Part shown: positions 18,784 through 29,174 of the stretch, piece by piece | Layout: the number at the start of each line of letters is the position of its first letter | Position numbering within the stretch: the first letter of the stretch is position 1 | Assembly (NCBI GenBank): GCA_965116155.1 | Contig: OZ220488.1 | Span: 1,385,458 to 1,449,457, forward strand | Source: Bdellovibrionales bacterium | GTDB lineage: Bacteria > Bdellovibrionota > Bdellovibrionia > Bdellovibrionales > UBA1609 | Length of the DNA stretch: 64,000 nt | Direction of reading: 5' to 3' | Notes under the pieces: generated by a model | The model's input: the letters and a program-made list of their open reading frames with translations, nothing else | The model's database searches: none | What the model was told of the DNA's origin: nothing | Made by a program: the position numbers and the translations under genes

Positions 18784-19153
18784 TGCTTACGCATATAGGC
18801 CGCAAAATTCTCTGTAGGACGCTTGGTCCGTAAGGATTAGAGTGTTAGCCACATACTCTGGGCAAAGCGCAGTCTCCAGTGTAGCCCTTTCAGAAAGGGG
18901 CGTGCACACTGGAGACAAGTGCCCCACAGAGTATGTGGCGGCCTATAAGGCTACCATCGCAGACGCCTCTAGCTGTCTAGTGCACAAAAATGCTTCAGGC
19001 AAGACCACTTGTCCATCTGATGGCCCGCGCCTAGAGGCGCTATCAGCTGGACTGCGTAGGACTGAAGACATTTTTGCTGGCACTTTTATGCTTACGCACG
19101 GAGGCTGCTCTTGCGCCGCCGCTCTGCCTCAGAGAATTTTACTAGCACTCTAA
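18784..19153. repeat. A second hairpin module of the same type (18804-19140), interrupted by nested palindromic insertions and ending in a boundary box
   Basis: The arms AAAATTCTCTGTAGGACGCTTGG (18804-) and GCCGCCGCTCTGCCTCAGAGAATTTT (-19140) are split by inner inverted repeats. These are GCCACATACTCTGGG/CCCACAGAGTATGTGGC and a block also present at 47280-47410. Confidence 0.85.
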
Positions 19154-19174
19154 TATGTTATATATCAAATTTCT

Positions 19175-20575
19175 ATGGCATCTTGTTCTGCGGTATCATC
19201 TGTTGCGCCTTCTGCTAAGGCGTCTGCTTTAGGCACAAAGCCTGGCGACAAAGTTTTGCTTAGAGGTGTTTATATAAGCACTTATGGCTGTCAGATGAAC
19301 GTCAACGACACCGAGCGCATGTTAAGCCTTTTAGAGATGTCCAACTACACGCAGGTAGATAGCCCTGACAAAGCCATGCTTATTGTAATCAACACCTGCT
19401 CGGTGCGCGAAAAGCCCGTACACAAGTTAAGGTCTGAGGTAGGGCGCTATGCGAGGCTAAAAAAACATGACCCCAATATTTTAATTGGCGTAGGGGGCTG
19501 TGTGGCGCAGCAAAAAAAGCAAGAGCTCTTGCAAGAGGTGCCGTTAGTGGATTTTGTATTTGGCACCGATGCTATCGACCAGTTGCCTAGTATTGTGCAA
19601 AATTTAGAGGCAAAAAGGCGCACCCAAGCTAAGGCCAAGTTAGTAGTTGCCCAATTTGAGCACAAAAAGCCCTACCAGGTAGAAACCTTGGTGCGCTGCC
19701 CGGGGGTGTCGAGTTTTGTTAACATTACCAAAGGCTGCGATAACTTTTGCACCTTTTGCATTGTGCCTTTTACAAGAGGCCGCGAGCGCAGTAGGGCTCT
19801 TAAAGAGCTGGTGTGGGATGTAGAGCGCTTATGCCGGCGCGGTGTAAAAGAGATCGTACTGTTGGGGCAAAATGTAAATTCTTATCGCTCGGCTTGTGGG
19901 GCGGGTTTTGCAGAGCTTTTGGTGAGCCTTTGCGAAAAAACGCAGCTTTCACGTTTGCGCTACACCACCAGCCACCCGAAGGACTTTAACGAAGAGCTTA
20001 TAGATGTTTTGGCGCAGTTTAGAGACAAAATTGTAGAGCACGTGCACCTGCCTGTGCAAAGTGGCAATAGCGATGTTTTAAAAGCCATGAACCGCGGCTA
20101 TACGCGCGCCGAGTACATAAAAAAGGCACATAAGATTTTAAAAAAAATCCCCGGCGTGGCCTTGAGTACGGATATTATTGTGGGTTTTCCAGGTGAAACG
20201 GGGGAGCAGTTTGAGGATACTTTGTCTTTGCTGGAGCAAGTGCCTTATGAGAGTTTGTTTGCATTTAAATATTCACCGCGCCCTAAAACCAAGGCGGCGC
20301 GTTTTACGGACCAAGTGCCCGAGCCAGAAAAATCCGCTCGCCTGCAAAGGTTGTTTGCAAAACACCGCGCGCTGGCGCAGCCTTTGCTGGCACGGCATTT
20401 GGGAACCCGGCAAAGGGTGCTAGTAGAGGAGCAGCGCTCCGACGGCACTTGGTACGGTCGTAGTCCGCACAATAGGCCGACTTACTTTAAGGGTGCATGC
20501 AGTGGGGTGGGGAGCTTTGTGGAGGTGCATATAGAAAAAATCCACCACCAAAGCCTTTGGGGCCGCTGTATATGA
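19175..20575 (+). CDS. miaB: tRNA-2-methylthio-N6-dimethylallyladenosine synthase MiaB
   Basis: YISTYGCQMNVNDTERM, a radical-SAM CDNFCTFCIVP motif, and a TRAM-like C-terminus. The true start could be downstream of 19175. Confidence 0.9.
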   Translation: MASCSAVSSVAPSAKASALGTKPGDKVLLRGVYISTYGCQMNVNDTERMLSLLEMSNYTQVDSPDKAMLIVINTCSVREKPVHKLRSEVGRYARLKKHDPNILIGVGGCVAQQKKQELLQEVPLVDFVFGTDAIDQLPSIVQNLEAKRRTQAKAKLVVAQFEHKKPYQVETLVRCPGVSSFVNITKGCDNFCTFCIVPFTRGRERSRALKELVWDVERLCRRGVKEIVLLGQNVNSYRSACGAGFAELLVSLCEKTQLSRLRYTTSHPKDFNEELIDVLAQFRDKIVEHVHLPVQSGNSDVLKAMNRGYTRAEYIKKAHKILKKIPGVALSTDIIVGFPGETGEQFEDTLSLLEQVPYESLFAFKYSPRPKTKAARFTDQVPEPEKSARLQRLFAKHRALAQPLLARHLGTRQRVLVEEQRSDGTWYGRSPHNRPTYFKGACSGVGSFVEVHIEKIHHQSLWGRCI

Positions 20576-22031
20576 AAGAGCCAGCGGTGCCTTTTGCAGA
20601 CGTGTACGCTTTTGATGATTTGCTTATGGTGCCGCAGGACTCAGACGTGTTGCCGCGCGATGCGGACCTAAGTGTCGATCTGGGTAGAGGGGTGCGCTTA
20701 TCGGTGCCGGTTTTTTCGGCGGCTATGGATACCGTAACCTTGGGTCCTATGGCAGCGGGTATGGCTCGTTATGGAGGCTGTGGGGTGGTGCACCGTAATA
20801 TGTCGGCAGAGGCGCAGGTGAGGGAGGTTCAAAAAGTAAAGCTCACGCATTTGGGTGCTATTGTGGATCCGGTTTGTATAGGGGCGTCTGCTGAGGCTAG
20901 TGTGGCTTTAGAGTTATTAAAAAAGCACAGCATCGGAGGGCTGCCTGTTGTAACAAGTGCGGGGGAGCTTGAGGGAGTACTGACGCGTAAGGATTTGCAA
21001 TTTTGTGTGGATAAAAAACAAAAAGTGCGTGAGCTGATGACAAAAGAGAACCTCGTGACAGCGCCTTTTGGTGTCAGCATAAAAGAGGCGCGCGCTTTGC
21101 TGCGCAAGCACCGTGTCGAAAAATTGCCTCTTTTGGATGCAAGCAATCGCATAAAGGGTTTAATTACGCTAAGCGATTTGGAGCAGCTAGAAAAATTCCC
21201 CCGTGCCACTCGTGACCAGCAGGGGCGTTTGTTTGTGGGGGCGGCTGTGGGAGTGGGCAATACCGAGCGCGAGCGGGCGGAGCAGTTGGTAGGGGCGGGT
21301 GTGGATATGCTCAATGTTGACACCGCCCATGGGCATGCTGTGGCGGTTTGTGAGCAATTAAAGCAGTTAAAGCAGGCGTACCCTAAGGTGTTTATCATGG
21401 GGGGCAATGTTGTCACACAAAAAGCCGCGGAGGCTTTGTTTGAGGCGGGGGCGGATGCGGTAAAAGTGGGTGTGGGTCCGGGCAGTATTTGTACAACGCG
21501 CATTATGAGTGGGGTGGGTGTGCCGCAGGCTTCGGCTATTATGTGGTGTTATAAGGCGGGGTTAAAGCATAAAAAGCCCATCGTGGCAGATGGGGGCTTA
21601 AGGTTTCGGGCGATGTGGCTAAGGCTTTAGCTTTGGGGGCCAGTGCTGTGATGATGGGTAATTATTTGGCCGGCACCGATGCGAGTCCGGGGCGTGTTGT
21701 TACAATAAATGGCCGCAACTACAAGCAGTACCGGGGCATGGGTTCGCGCGCTGCCATGAGGCGCGGCCCTGGTGGCAAAGACCGCTACAAGCAATCGCAT
21801 ATTGGTGAGGATGAGGGCGAGAGCAGCAAGTTTGTACCAGAGGGAGTCGAGGGGCATGTGCCTTATAAGGGGCCTTTGGAGGATGCTTTGTATCAGTTAG
21901 AAGGCGGCTTGCGGGCGGCTATGGGTTATGTGGGAGCCAGTAGCATTCAGCAGCTCCGTGCCCGTGCCACCTTTGTCAAACAAAGCACAAGTGCCCTTCA
22001 AGAGTCTAAGGTACATAGTTTAATAGTTTAA
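20572..22031 (+). pseudogene. guaB: IMP dehydrogenase GuaB, split over two frames by a 1-nt frameshift near 21604-21607
   Basis: The ORFs 20497..21630 and 21615..22031 are colinear with IMPDH (CBS pair, VGVGPGSICTTR, ADGGLRF then VAKALALGASAVMMG). Adding one T to the TTT run restores RFSGDVAKALA. The start ATG at 20572 overlaps the miaB stop (ATGA). Confidence 0.9.
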
Positions 22032-22410
22032 AGGACTAATAAAATTCTCTGGGACAAAGCGGCGGCATCCTGATAGCCTCTGCAAGAGGCGGCCATCAGG
22101 TTGCCAAGCGTCCCGCAGAGAATTTTATGGGCTATACGGCATCTATGAGCCTGTAGCGAAGGGCCGTAGGTCCGTAGCGACCGTACTTTCGTCAAAGCCA
22201 CGTGCTGGACAAAGCGGCGGCGCAAGAGCAGCCTCCGTGCGTAAGCATAAAAGTGTTAGTGAGGGTGCCCTGGCCGGAGAGCGCAGCCGAGTGAGCACTT
22301 TCATGTGCGCAAGGCAAGCGGTCCATGCCAGGGCGCCCTCACGTGCTGGATAGCTTCTGCTCTCAGCCCTACGCAGTCCAGCTGATAGCGCCTAAAGGCG
22401 CGGGCGCCGG
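22029..22410. repeat. Mosaic repeat cluster in inverted orientation (hairpin 22041-22126, linker module, further nested palindromes)
   Basis: TTTAAAGGACTAATAAAATTCTCTGGGAC...CGCAGAGAATTTT, then ATGGGCTATACGGC...CTTTCGTCAAAG, then GTGCGTAAGCATAAAAGTG with the inverted repeat GTGAGGGTGCCCTGG/CCAGGGCGCCCTCAC. The guaB stop (22029-22031) is inside the first motif. Confidence 0.85.
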
Positions 22411-22673
22411 TTAAAGACATCTATGACATTATTCACCTTACGGAACAAGGTCTTAATTATGATCGGCTTTCATCTTTTATTGATATAATTTTTGACCTAC
22501 GCGACACCGCTGTGCCTCGCAGCCTTTATGCTTTTAGTAAAGGTCTTAATCTGACAAGCCTTCAAAAGGCTTGGGGCGGGCTGAGAAAAGAGTCAAAAAA
22601 ATATTCTAGCTTTGAGAAGTTGTGGGGTGACTTTTTAAAATCGATGCTCATCCTCGATCAGGAAATTCTCTAA
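22389..22673 (+). pseudogene. Orphan 3' gene fragment (open frame of about 94 codons with no start codon). It is AT-rich and its 5' end has been replaced by repeat sequence.
   Basis: My translation reads ...VKDIYDIIHLTEQGLNYDRLSSFIDIIFDLRDTAVPRSLYAFSKGLNLTSLQKAWGGLRKESKKYSSFEKLWGDFLKSMLILDQEIL*. The frame is closed upstream by TGA TAG at 22383-22388, and there is no ATG/GTG/TTG until the last 9 codons. Confidence 0.45.
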
Positions 22674-24593
22674 TTACGCATAATTGCGGGTAGAGGGCTT
22701 AATATATTCAAACTCCAAGGGTTCTTTGTGGAACTGCCAGCGGGGTTTGGATGCCTCACTGGTGCTCCACTCCCAAGCGCTCACATGGGTGAAGTTTTTG
22801 TCATCGCGCAGGGCCTCGCCGGTGGGAGTTTGGTGCTCCTCGCGAAAATGCCCGCCACAAGACTCCTCACGCTTTAAAGCGTCTTCAGCTTGCAGCTCGG
22901 CAAGCTCTAAAAAGTCCGCCACCCGGCCGGCTTTTTCGAGCTCCAGGTTTTTCCCCCCATCACCAGGCACTGTTACATTTTGCCAAAACTCCTCGCGCAA
23001 CTTTGCGATCTTACCCACAGCCTCCTTAAGCCCTTTTTGATTGCGGCTCATGCCCACCTGCTCCCACATAATGCTACCCAAGGCTTTATGAAAACTATCC
23101 ACACTGCGTGCACCCCGCACAGACCGTAGGTGTTTTATTTTACTTTGTACTTCCTCTTCTACAGCGCCAAAGGCCTCATGCTCCGCGCTTACCATTTGCA
23201 GATCTTCTGAAGCCAAGTAGTTTCCCACAGTATAGGGCGCCACAAAATACCCATCGCACAAGCCCTGCATTAAGGCCGAAGCCCCCAATCGGTTTGCTCC
23301 GTGGTCTGAAAAATTCGCCTCCCCCAACACAAACAAACCCTTCAGCGTGCTTTGCAGGTTGTAATCCACCCACAAGCCACCCATAACGTAGTGCACAGCC
23401 GGGTAAATGCGCATAGGAGTTTTGTAAGGGTTTTCGCCCGTGATTTTTTCGTACATCTGAAACAAGTTGCCGTATTTTTCTCTAATGCTCTTTTCCCCCA
23501 CGCGCTGAATGGCGCTTTCAAAATCCAAATACACACTCACGCCCGTTCGGCCCACACCGCGCCCCTCGTCTACGCGAAACTTGGCCTGGCGTGATGCGAC
23601 ATCTCTTGGCACAAGGTTCCCAAAGCTTGGGTATATGCGCTCTAAATAATAGTCACGCTCTGCTGGAGGAATCTGATGCGGCGCACGTGTGTCGCCCGCT
23701 TTTTTTGGCACCCAAACCCGGCCGTCGTTTCTTAAACTCTCCGACATCAAAGTGAGCTTCGACTGGTAGTCGCCTGATACCGGAATACAAGTGGGGTGTA
23801 TTTGAGTAAAGCATGGATTCGCAAAAAACGCCCCCCTCTTATGGCAACGCCAAGCCGCCGTGGCATTAGAGTGCATAGCATTGGTCGAAAGATAATACAC
23901 ATTCCCATAGCCCCCCGTGCACAGCACCACTCCATGGGCAGCGTAGCGCTCTAGCGCACCGGTTAACAGGTTGCGGCACACGATCCCTCGCGCGTGCCCA
24001 TCTACCACAACCAGGTCGAGCATCTCACGGCGTGGGTACATCGCCACCTGACCCGCATCCACTTGCCGCATCAGCGCTGCATAGGCTCCTATAAGTAGCT
24101 GTTGACCCGTTTGCCCGCGCGCATAAAACGTACGCGACACCTGCGCCCCACCAAAGGAGCGGTTATCCAAGCCTCCGCCGTATTCGCGCGCAAAAGGCAC
24201 ACCCTGGGCCACGCACTGGTCGATAATATTGTTCGACAGCTCCGCCAACCGGTACACATTGCTCTCTCTGGCCCTAAAATCTCCCCCCTTAACTGTGTCG
24301 TAAAACAACCTCCAAACACTGTCGCCATCGTTGGGGTAATTTTTTGCCGCATTAATTCCTCCCTGGGCTGCAATGGAGTGCGCACGCCTGGGTGAGTCTT
24401 GGACACAAAAGCACTTTACCTTGTAGCCGAGCTCTGCCAAGCTCGCAGCAGCCGAAGCTCCCGCCAGCCCTGTGCCTACCACAATGAGCTCAAATTTGCG
24501 TTTATTAGCTGGGTTTACAAGCTTGATATCAAATTTGTGTCTTTGCCAGCGCGTTTGGATATCGCCTTGCGGAGCATGGGATACTAGCGGCAT
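22674..24593 (-). CDS. sdhA: Succinate dehydrogenase/fumarate reductase flavoprotein subunit (type B enzyme)
   Basis: FAD-binding [19 protein letters not shown], the covalent-FAD region [17 protein letters not shown], and C-terminal GGHFREE. Start taken at 24593 (MPLVSHAP), which overlaps the sdhC stop by 1 nt. Confidence 0.93.
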   Translation of the reverse strand: MPLVSHAPQGDIQTRWQRHKFDIKLVNPANKRKFELIVVGTGLAGASAAASLAELGYKVKCFCVQDSPRRAHSIAAQGGINAAKNYPNDGDSVWRLFYDTVKGGDFRARESNVYRLAELSNNIIDQCVAQGVPFAREYGGGLDNRSFGGAQVSRTFYARGQTGQQLLIGAYAALMRQVDAGQVAMYPRREMLDLVVVDGHARGIVCRNLLTGALERYAAHGVVLCTGGYGNVYYLSTNAMHSNATAAWRCHKRGAFFANPCFTQIHPTCIPVSGDYQSKLTLMSESLRNDGRVWVPKKAGDTRAPHQIPPAERDYYLERIYPSFGNLVPRDVASRQAKFRVDEGRGVGRTGVSVYLDFESAIQRVGEKSIREKYGNLFQMYEKITGENPYKTPMRIYPAVHYVMGGLWVDYNLQSTLKGLFVLGEANFSDHGANRLGASALMQGLCDGYFVAPYTVGNYLASEDLQMVSAEHEAFGAVEEEVQSKIKHLRSVRGARSVDSFHKALGSIMWEQVGMSRNQKGLKEAVGKIAKLREEFWQNVTVPGDGGKNLELEKAGRVADFLELAELQAEDALKREESCGGHFREEHQTPTGEALRDDKNFTHVSAWEWSTSEASKPRWQFHKEPLEFEYIKPSTRNYA

Positions 24594-25300
24594 TAATACC
24601 CTCCCTTGAGGAAAAAAAACACATACACCGGCTGCAGCATAAATCCTCCTACAATAAGGGCCGCGACTCCCCAGCTTAAGCGGGCGCATGTGCTGCTGCC
24701 ATTAGCCGTAACGCCATTAGCCATAACGCCAGAAACACCAAGGCTCTCAAAAGACGACCTCACTCCATGCCCTAAATGCACTCCCAAAATCCCCAAGGCC
24801 ACTAAATAACCCACCACATAAAGGGGCTGGCTAAAAACCTCCACCACTAGCAGGTGCAGGTCGCGTACAGTTTGGGTGTCATATACGGCTTCGTAATAGG
24901 GGCCAAACTTAAAAGTTACCAGGTGGTACACAACAAATACCAGCACCACCACTCCTTGCCACCAAAGGCTGCGCTGCCAAAGGTGGGTAGATTTAGCACC
25001 AGAGGCTTTTTGTGCATACGCACGGCCTTTGGCTTTTTTGTTTTTAAAATGCAGAGCCGTTGCAATGCAGATATGCAAAACAAATATCCCCAAAAGCCCT
25101 GCCTCGGCACCATAAATGAGCGGGTTGCTTATTAACGCATGGCTATACAGGTTATAGGCCTTGGGGCCGAAAAAAATCAGCACATTGCCTAGCATATGTA
25201 CCAGTAAAAATCCCACCAGCCCCAGGCCTGCTACGCCTACGAGCTGCTTTTGCCCCACGCTAGAGCACAGCCAACTGCAAAATCTGCCACAAGCTACCAT
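24593..25300 (-). CDS. sdhC: Succinate dehydrogenase/fumarate reductase dihaem cytochrome b membrane subunit (5-TM type)
   Basis: About five hydrophobic helices with conserved His residues ([33 protein letters not shown]). It sits directly upstream of sdhA. Confidence 0.8.
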   Translation of the reverse strand: MVACGRFCSWLCSSVGQKQLVGVAGLGLVGFLLVHMLGNVLIFFGPKAYNLYSHALISNPLIYGAEAGLLGIFVLHICIATALHFKNKKAKGRAYAQKASGAKSTHLWQRSLWWQGVVVLVFVVYHLVTFKFGPYYEAVYDTQTVRDLHLLVVEVFSQPLYVVGYLVALGILGVHLGHGVRSSFESLGVSGVMANGVTANGSSTCARLSWGVAALIVGGFMLQPVYVFFFLKGGY

Positions 25301-25359
25301 TGCTCGCCAAGCCTAAACGAAACCCCGCTACCCGCTCAACAGATGACGCAAAGCCCAAA

Positions 25360-25500
25360 TTAGAGCGCTAGACAGCTAAAGCATCTATGGCCCTATAGCG
25401 CAGGGCCCCAAAGAGGCCCAAGGCGACCACACTGCCGTCAAAGCTCCGTGCGATAGACAAAAACCAATTAAAGGACTAATAAAATTCTATGAGGTAGCGC
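25360..25500. repeat. Repeat-family fragment between sdhC and sdhB (boundary box, inverted linker module, truncated hairpin arm)
   Basis: TTAGAGCGCTAG (25360-25371), ...CCCAAGGCGACCACACTGCCGTCAAAGCTCCG..., and AAAGGACTAATAAAATTCTATGAGGTAGCGC ending 2 nt before the sdhB ATG. Confidence 0.8.
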
Positions 25501-25502
25501 AT

Positions 25503-26255
25503 ATGGATTTAAAGCTAAAAGTTTGGCGTCAAGATTCTCCCAAATCCAAAGGGACCCTAAAAAGCTACAGCCTGAGCCAAGTGTCGCCGGATATGTCATT
25601 TTTAGAGATGCTGGATGTGCTTAACGAAAAACTCGTGCACGAGAACAAAGAGCCCCCCATAGAGTTTGACCACGATTGCCGCGAGGGCATTTGCGGCATG
25701 TGCTCGCTGGTGATTAACGGCGAGCCCCATGGGCCTGATAAGGGCATTACCACCTGCCAGCTGCATATGCGCCGGTTTAAAAGCGGCGACACCATTGTGG
25801 TAGAGCCCTTTAGGGCGCGGGCTTTCCCTGTGGTGCGGGACCTAGTGGTAGACCGCAGCGCTTTTGACCGCATTGTGGCGCATGGCAAGGGTTATGTTTC
25901 GGTCAACACGGGGTCGGCGGTGGAGGCCAACACCCATCCGGTGCCTAAAAGTGCGGCCGATACGGCCTTTTTAGCTGCGGCCTGTATTGGTTGTGGGGCA
26001 TGTGTTGCGGCTTGTAAAAATGCTTCGGCCAGTTTGTTTGTTGCAGCCAAGGTTGCGCATTTGTACCATTTGCCTCAGGGCAAAACCGAGCACCTGCCGC
26101 GGGCTGCGGCTATGGTGGCGCAGATGGACAAAGAGCAATTTGGCAGTTGCACCAACACCCACGCCTGCCAAGCGGCCTGCCCCAAAGACATCAGCGTGCG
26201 TCACATTGCCGAGCTCAACCGGCACCGCGCCCACGCCGCCCTCAAAGGACCTTGA
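25503..26255 (+). CDS. sdhB: Succinate dehydrogenase/fumarate reductase iron-sulfur subunit
   Basis: 2Fe-2S motif CREGICGMC, 4Fe-4S motif CIGCGACVAAC and 3Fe-4S motif CTNTHACQAACP. Confidence 0.93.
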   Translation: MDLKLKVWRQDSPKSKGTLKSYSLSQVSPDMSFLEMLDVLNEKLVHENKEPPIEFDHDCREGICGMCSLVINGEPHGPDKGITTCQLHMRRFKSGDTIVVEPFRARAFPVVRDLVVDRSAFDRIVAHGKGYVSVNTGSAVEANTHPVPKSAADTAFLAAACIGCGACVAACKNASASLFVAAKVAHLYHLPQGKTEHLPRAAAMVAQMDKEQFGSCTNTHACQAACPKDISVRHIAELNRHRAHAALKGP

Positions 26256-26341
26256 TTTTATTTTCTGCGCTCTCTAATCTGTTGGAAAAGGAGGGTCCTC
26301 TCCTGTATTTGTTGGCCTTCCTGTTTCACTGGATCCTTGTT

Positions 26342-27652
<1,311 letters not shown>

Positions 27653-27798
27653 GGTCTAATCGGCATGCAAAGCATAAAAGTCCATGTGGACCGCCCCCCA
27701 GATTTTTAAGAGGGGAGGTCAACTGCGCTTTGCCCAGCATATTGGACTAGCGCTCCCAGGCTGCGCTACAAGCTCAAGGTGTTTTGGCTAGTCTGTAA

Positions 27799-28017
27799 CT
27801 ACTTATGTCTATACACAATCAGTCCGTGGGTGGGGTCGTAAGGGGAAACGCCCACAGTGACGCGGTCACCCACTACAACGCGGATGTTGTATTTGCGCAT
27901 CTTGCCGCACAGCTTGGCGCTGATTTCCATATCGTTCGACAGGGCAATCCTGTACACCCCGCCTGCTAAAGAGTCGGTCACACGGCCTTCAATTTGACTC
28001 AGATCATCACGTGCCAC
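27799..28017 (-). CDS. infA: Translation initiation factor IF-1
   Basis: 72 aa with an S1-like fold sequence: ...GKMRKYNIRVVVGDRVTVGVSPYDPTHGLIVYRHK. Confidence 0.95.
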   Translation of the reverse strand: MARDDLSQIEGRVTDSLAGGVYRIALSNDMEISAKLCGKMRKYNIRVVVGDRVTVGVSPYDPTHGLIVYRHK

Positions 28018-28162
28018 TTTAAGTTAAGGTACAGCCAAATGCCAATCCTTGCAAGTGCGTCCCCAATAGCCCACTATACCGTACTATACCGTCCCTTTGG
28101 CTTGTGCCCCTTTGGTGGCTGTTGCTATAATTTTTATTTGTAATCTGTTTTAAAGTACTCCT

Positions 28163-29170
28163 ATGGAAGCCATTCAAACCACGCCCCACACCCCCGCTCC
28201 CAATGCCTTTGCGCCTGACCTGGCTCAAGGTCCTATGGGCCATGTGCTGCAGCAGGTGCAGCGTATTTTGGTGGGCCAAAAGCCCATGCTAGAGGGTCTG
28301 CTGATGGGTCTTTTGACTCCCCATGGGCATATTTTAATCGAAGGTCCTCCGGGGCTGGCTAAAACCTTGGCGGTTTCGAGTTTGTCGCAGGTGGTGGGTT
28401 TAGATTTTAAACGCATACAGTTTACATCAGACCTTATGCCTATGGACCTTGTGGGGGGCATGGTTTTTAACCCCAAAAATTCAGAGTTTGTAGCGCGCCC
28501 TGGGCCGGTGTTTACGAACATGCTTTTGGCGGACGAGATCAACCGCGCCCCTGCCAAGGTGCAATCGGCCTTGCTAGAGGCCATGGCAGAAGAGCAGGTC
28601 ACTCTGGGTTCGGATTCGCACAAGCTGCCCCAGCCGTTTTTGGTTTTAGCCACCCAAAACCCCATTGAGCAAGAGGGAACCTACAATCTGCCTGAGGCCC
28701 AGTTAGATAGATTTTTTCTAAAGCTTCTTGTGACCCACCCTAACAAACAAGAGGAGCTTGGGATTTTAAACTTACAATCTGCTCCTTTGCCGTGCCTTGA
28801 GCCTAAAATTACAAAAGCCGAGCTTAGCACTATGCGCCAGCAGGTGAGCAAGGTGCATTTGGATGAGAGCCTTAAAAATTACATAGTCAATATCGTACTC
28901 GCAACGCGTGACCTTAAGGCCTTTGGTTTGCTGAGCCTTAGCAGCATGGTGCAGTTTGGGGCTTCGCCGCGTGCAACAGTGGCGCTTATGCGTGCTGCGC
29001 GAGCGAGCGCGTTTTTGCGGGGGCGTGATTTTGTAACAGCAGATGACATCAAAAACTGCGCCCACAATGTTTTGCGGCATCGTATTATTTTAAGCTTTGC
29101 GGCCCAAGCAGAGCAGATTACAACGGACCACATTGTGCAGGAAATCCTCAAGCACCTTGAGCTAAGCTAA
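28163..29170 (+). CDS. moxR: MoxR-family AAA+ ATPase
   Basis: ILIEGPPGLAKT (Walker A), LLADEINRAPAKVQSALLEAM (Walker B) and LATQNPIEQEGTYNLPEAQLDRF. Confidence 0.93.
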   Translation: MEAIQTTPHTPAPNAFAPDLAQGPMGHVLQQVQRILVGQKPMLEGLLMGLLTPHGHILIEGPPGLAKTLAVSSLSQVVGLDFKRIQFTSDLMPMDLVGGMVFNPKNSEFVARPGPVFTNMLLADEINRAPAKVQSALLEAMAEEQVTLGSDSHKLPQPFLVLATQNPIEQEGTYNLPEAQLDRFFLKLLVTHPNKQEELGILNLQSAPLPCLEPKITKAELSTMRQQVSKVHLDESLKNYIVNIVLATRDLKAFGLLSLSSMVQFGASPRATVALMRAARASAFLRGRDFVTADDIKNCAHNVLRHRIILSFAAQAEQITTDHIVQEILKHLELS

Positions 29171-29174
29171 ACCT

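Noticed and set aside
18842-19153. A 103-aa ORF lies inside the repeat cluster. The same applies to 50510..50776, 50699..50926, 38219..38476, 38503..38685 and 22028..22225.
   Set aside because: They lie wholly within palindromic repeat sequence, have no RBS or family resemblance, and their open frames follow from the repeat composition.
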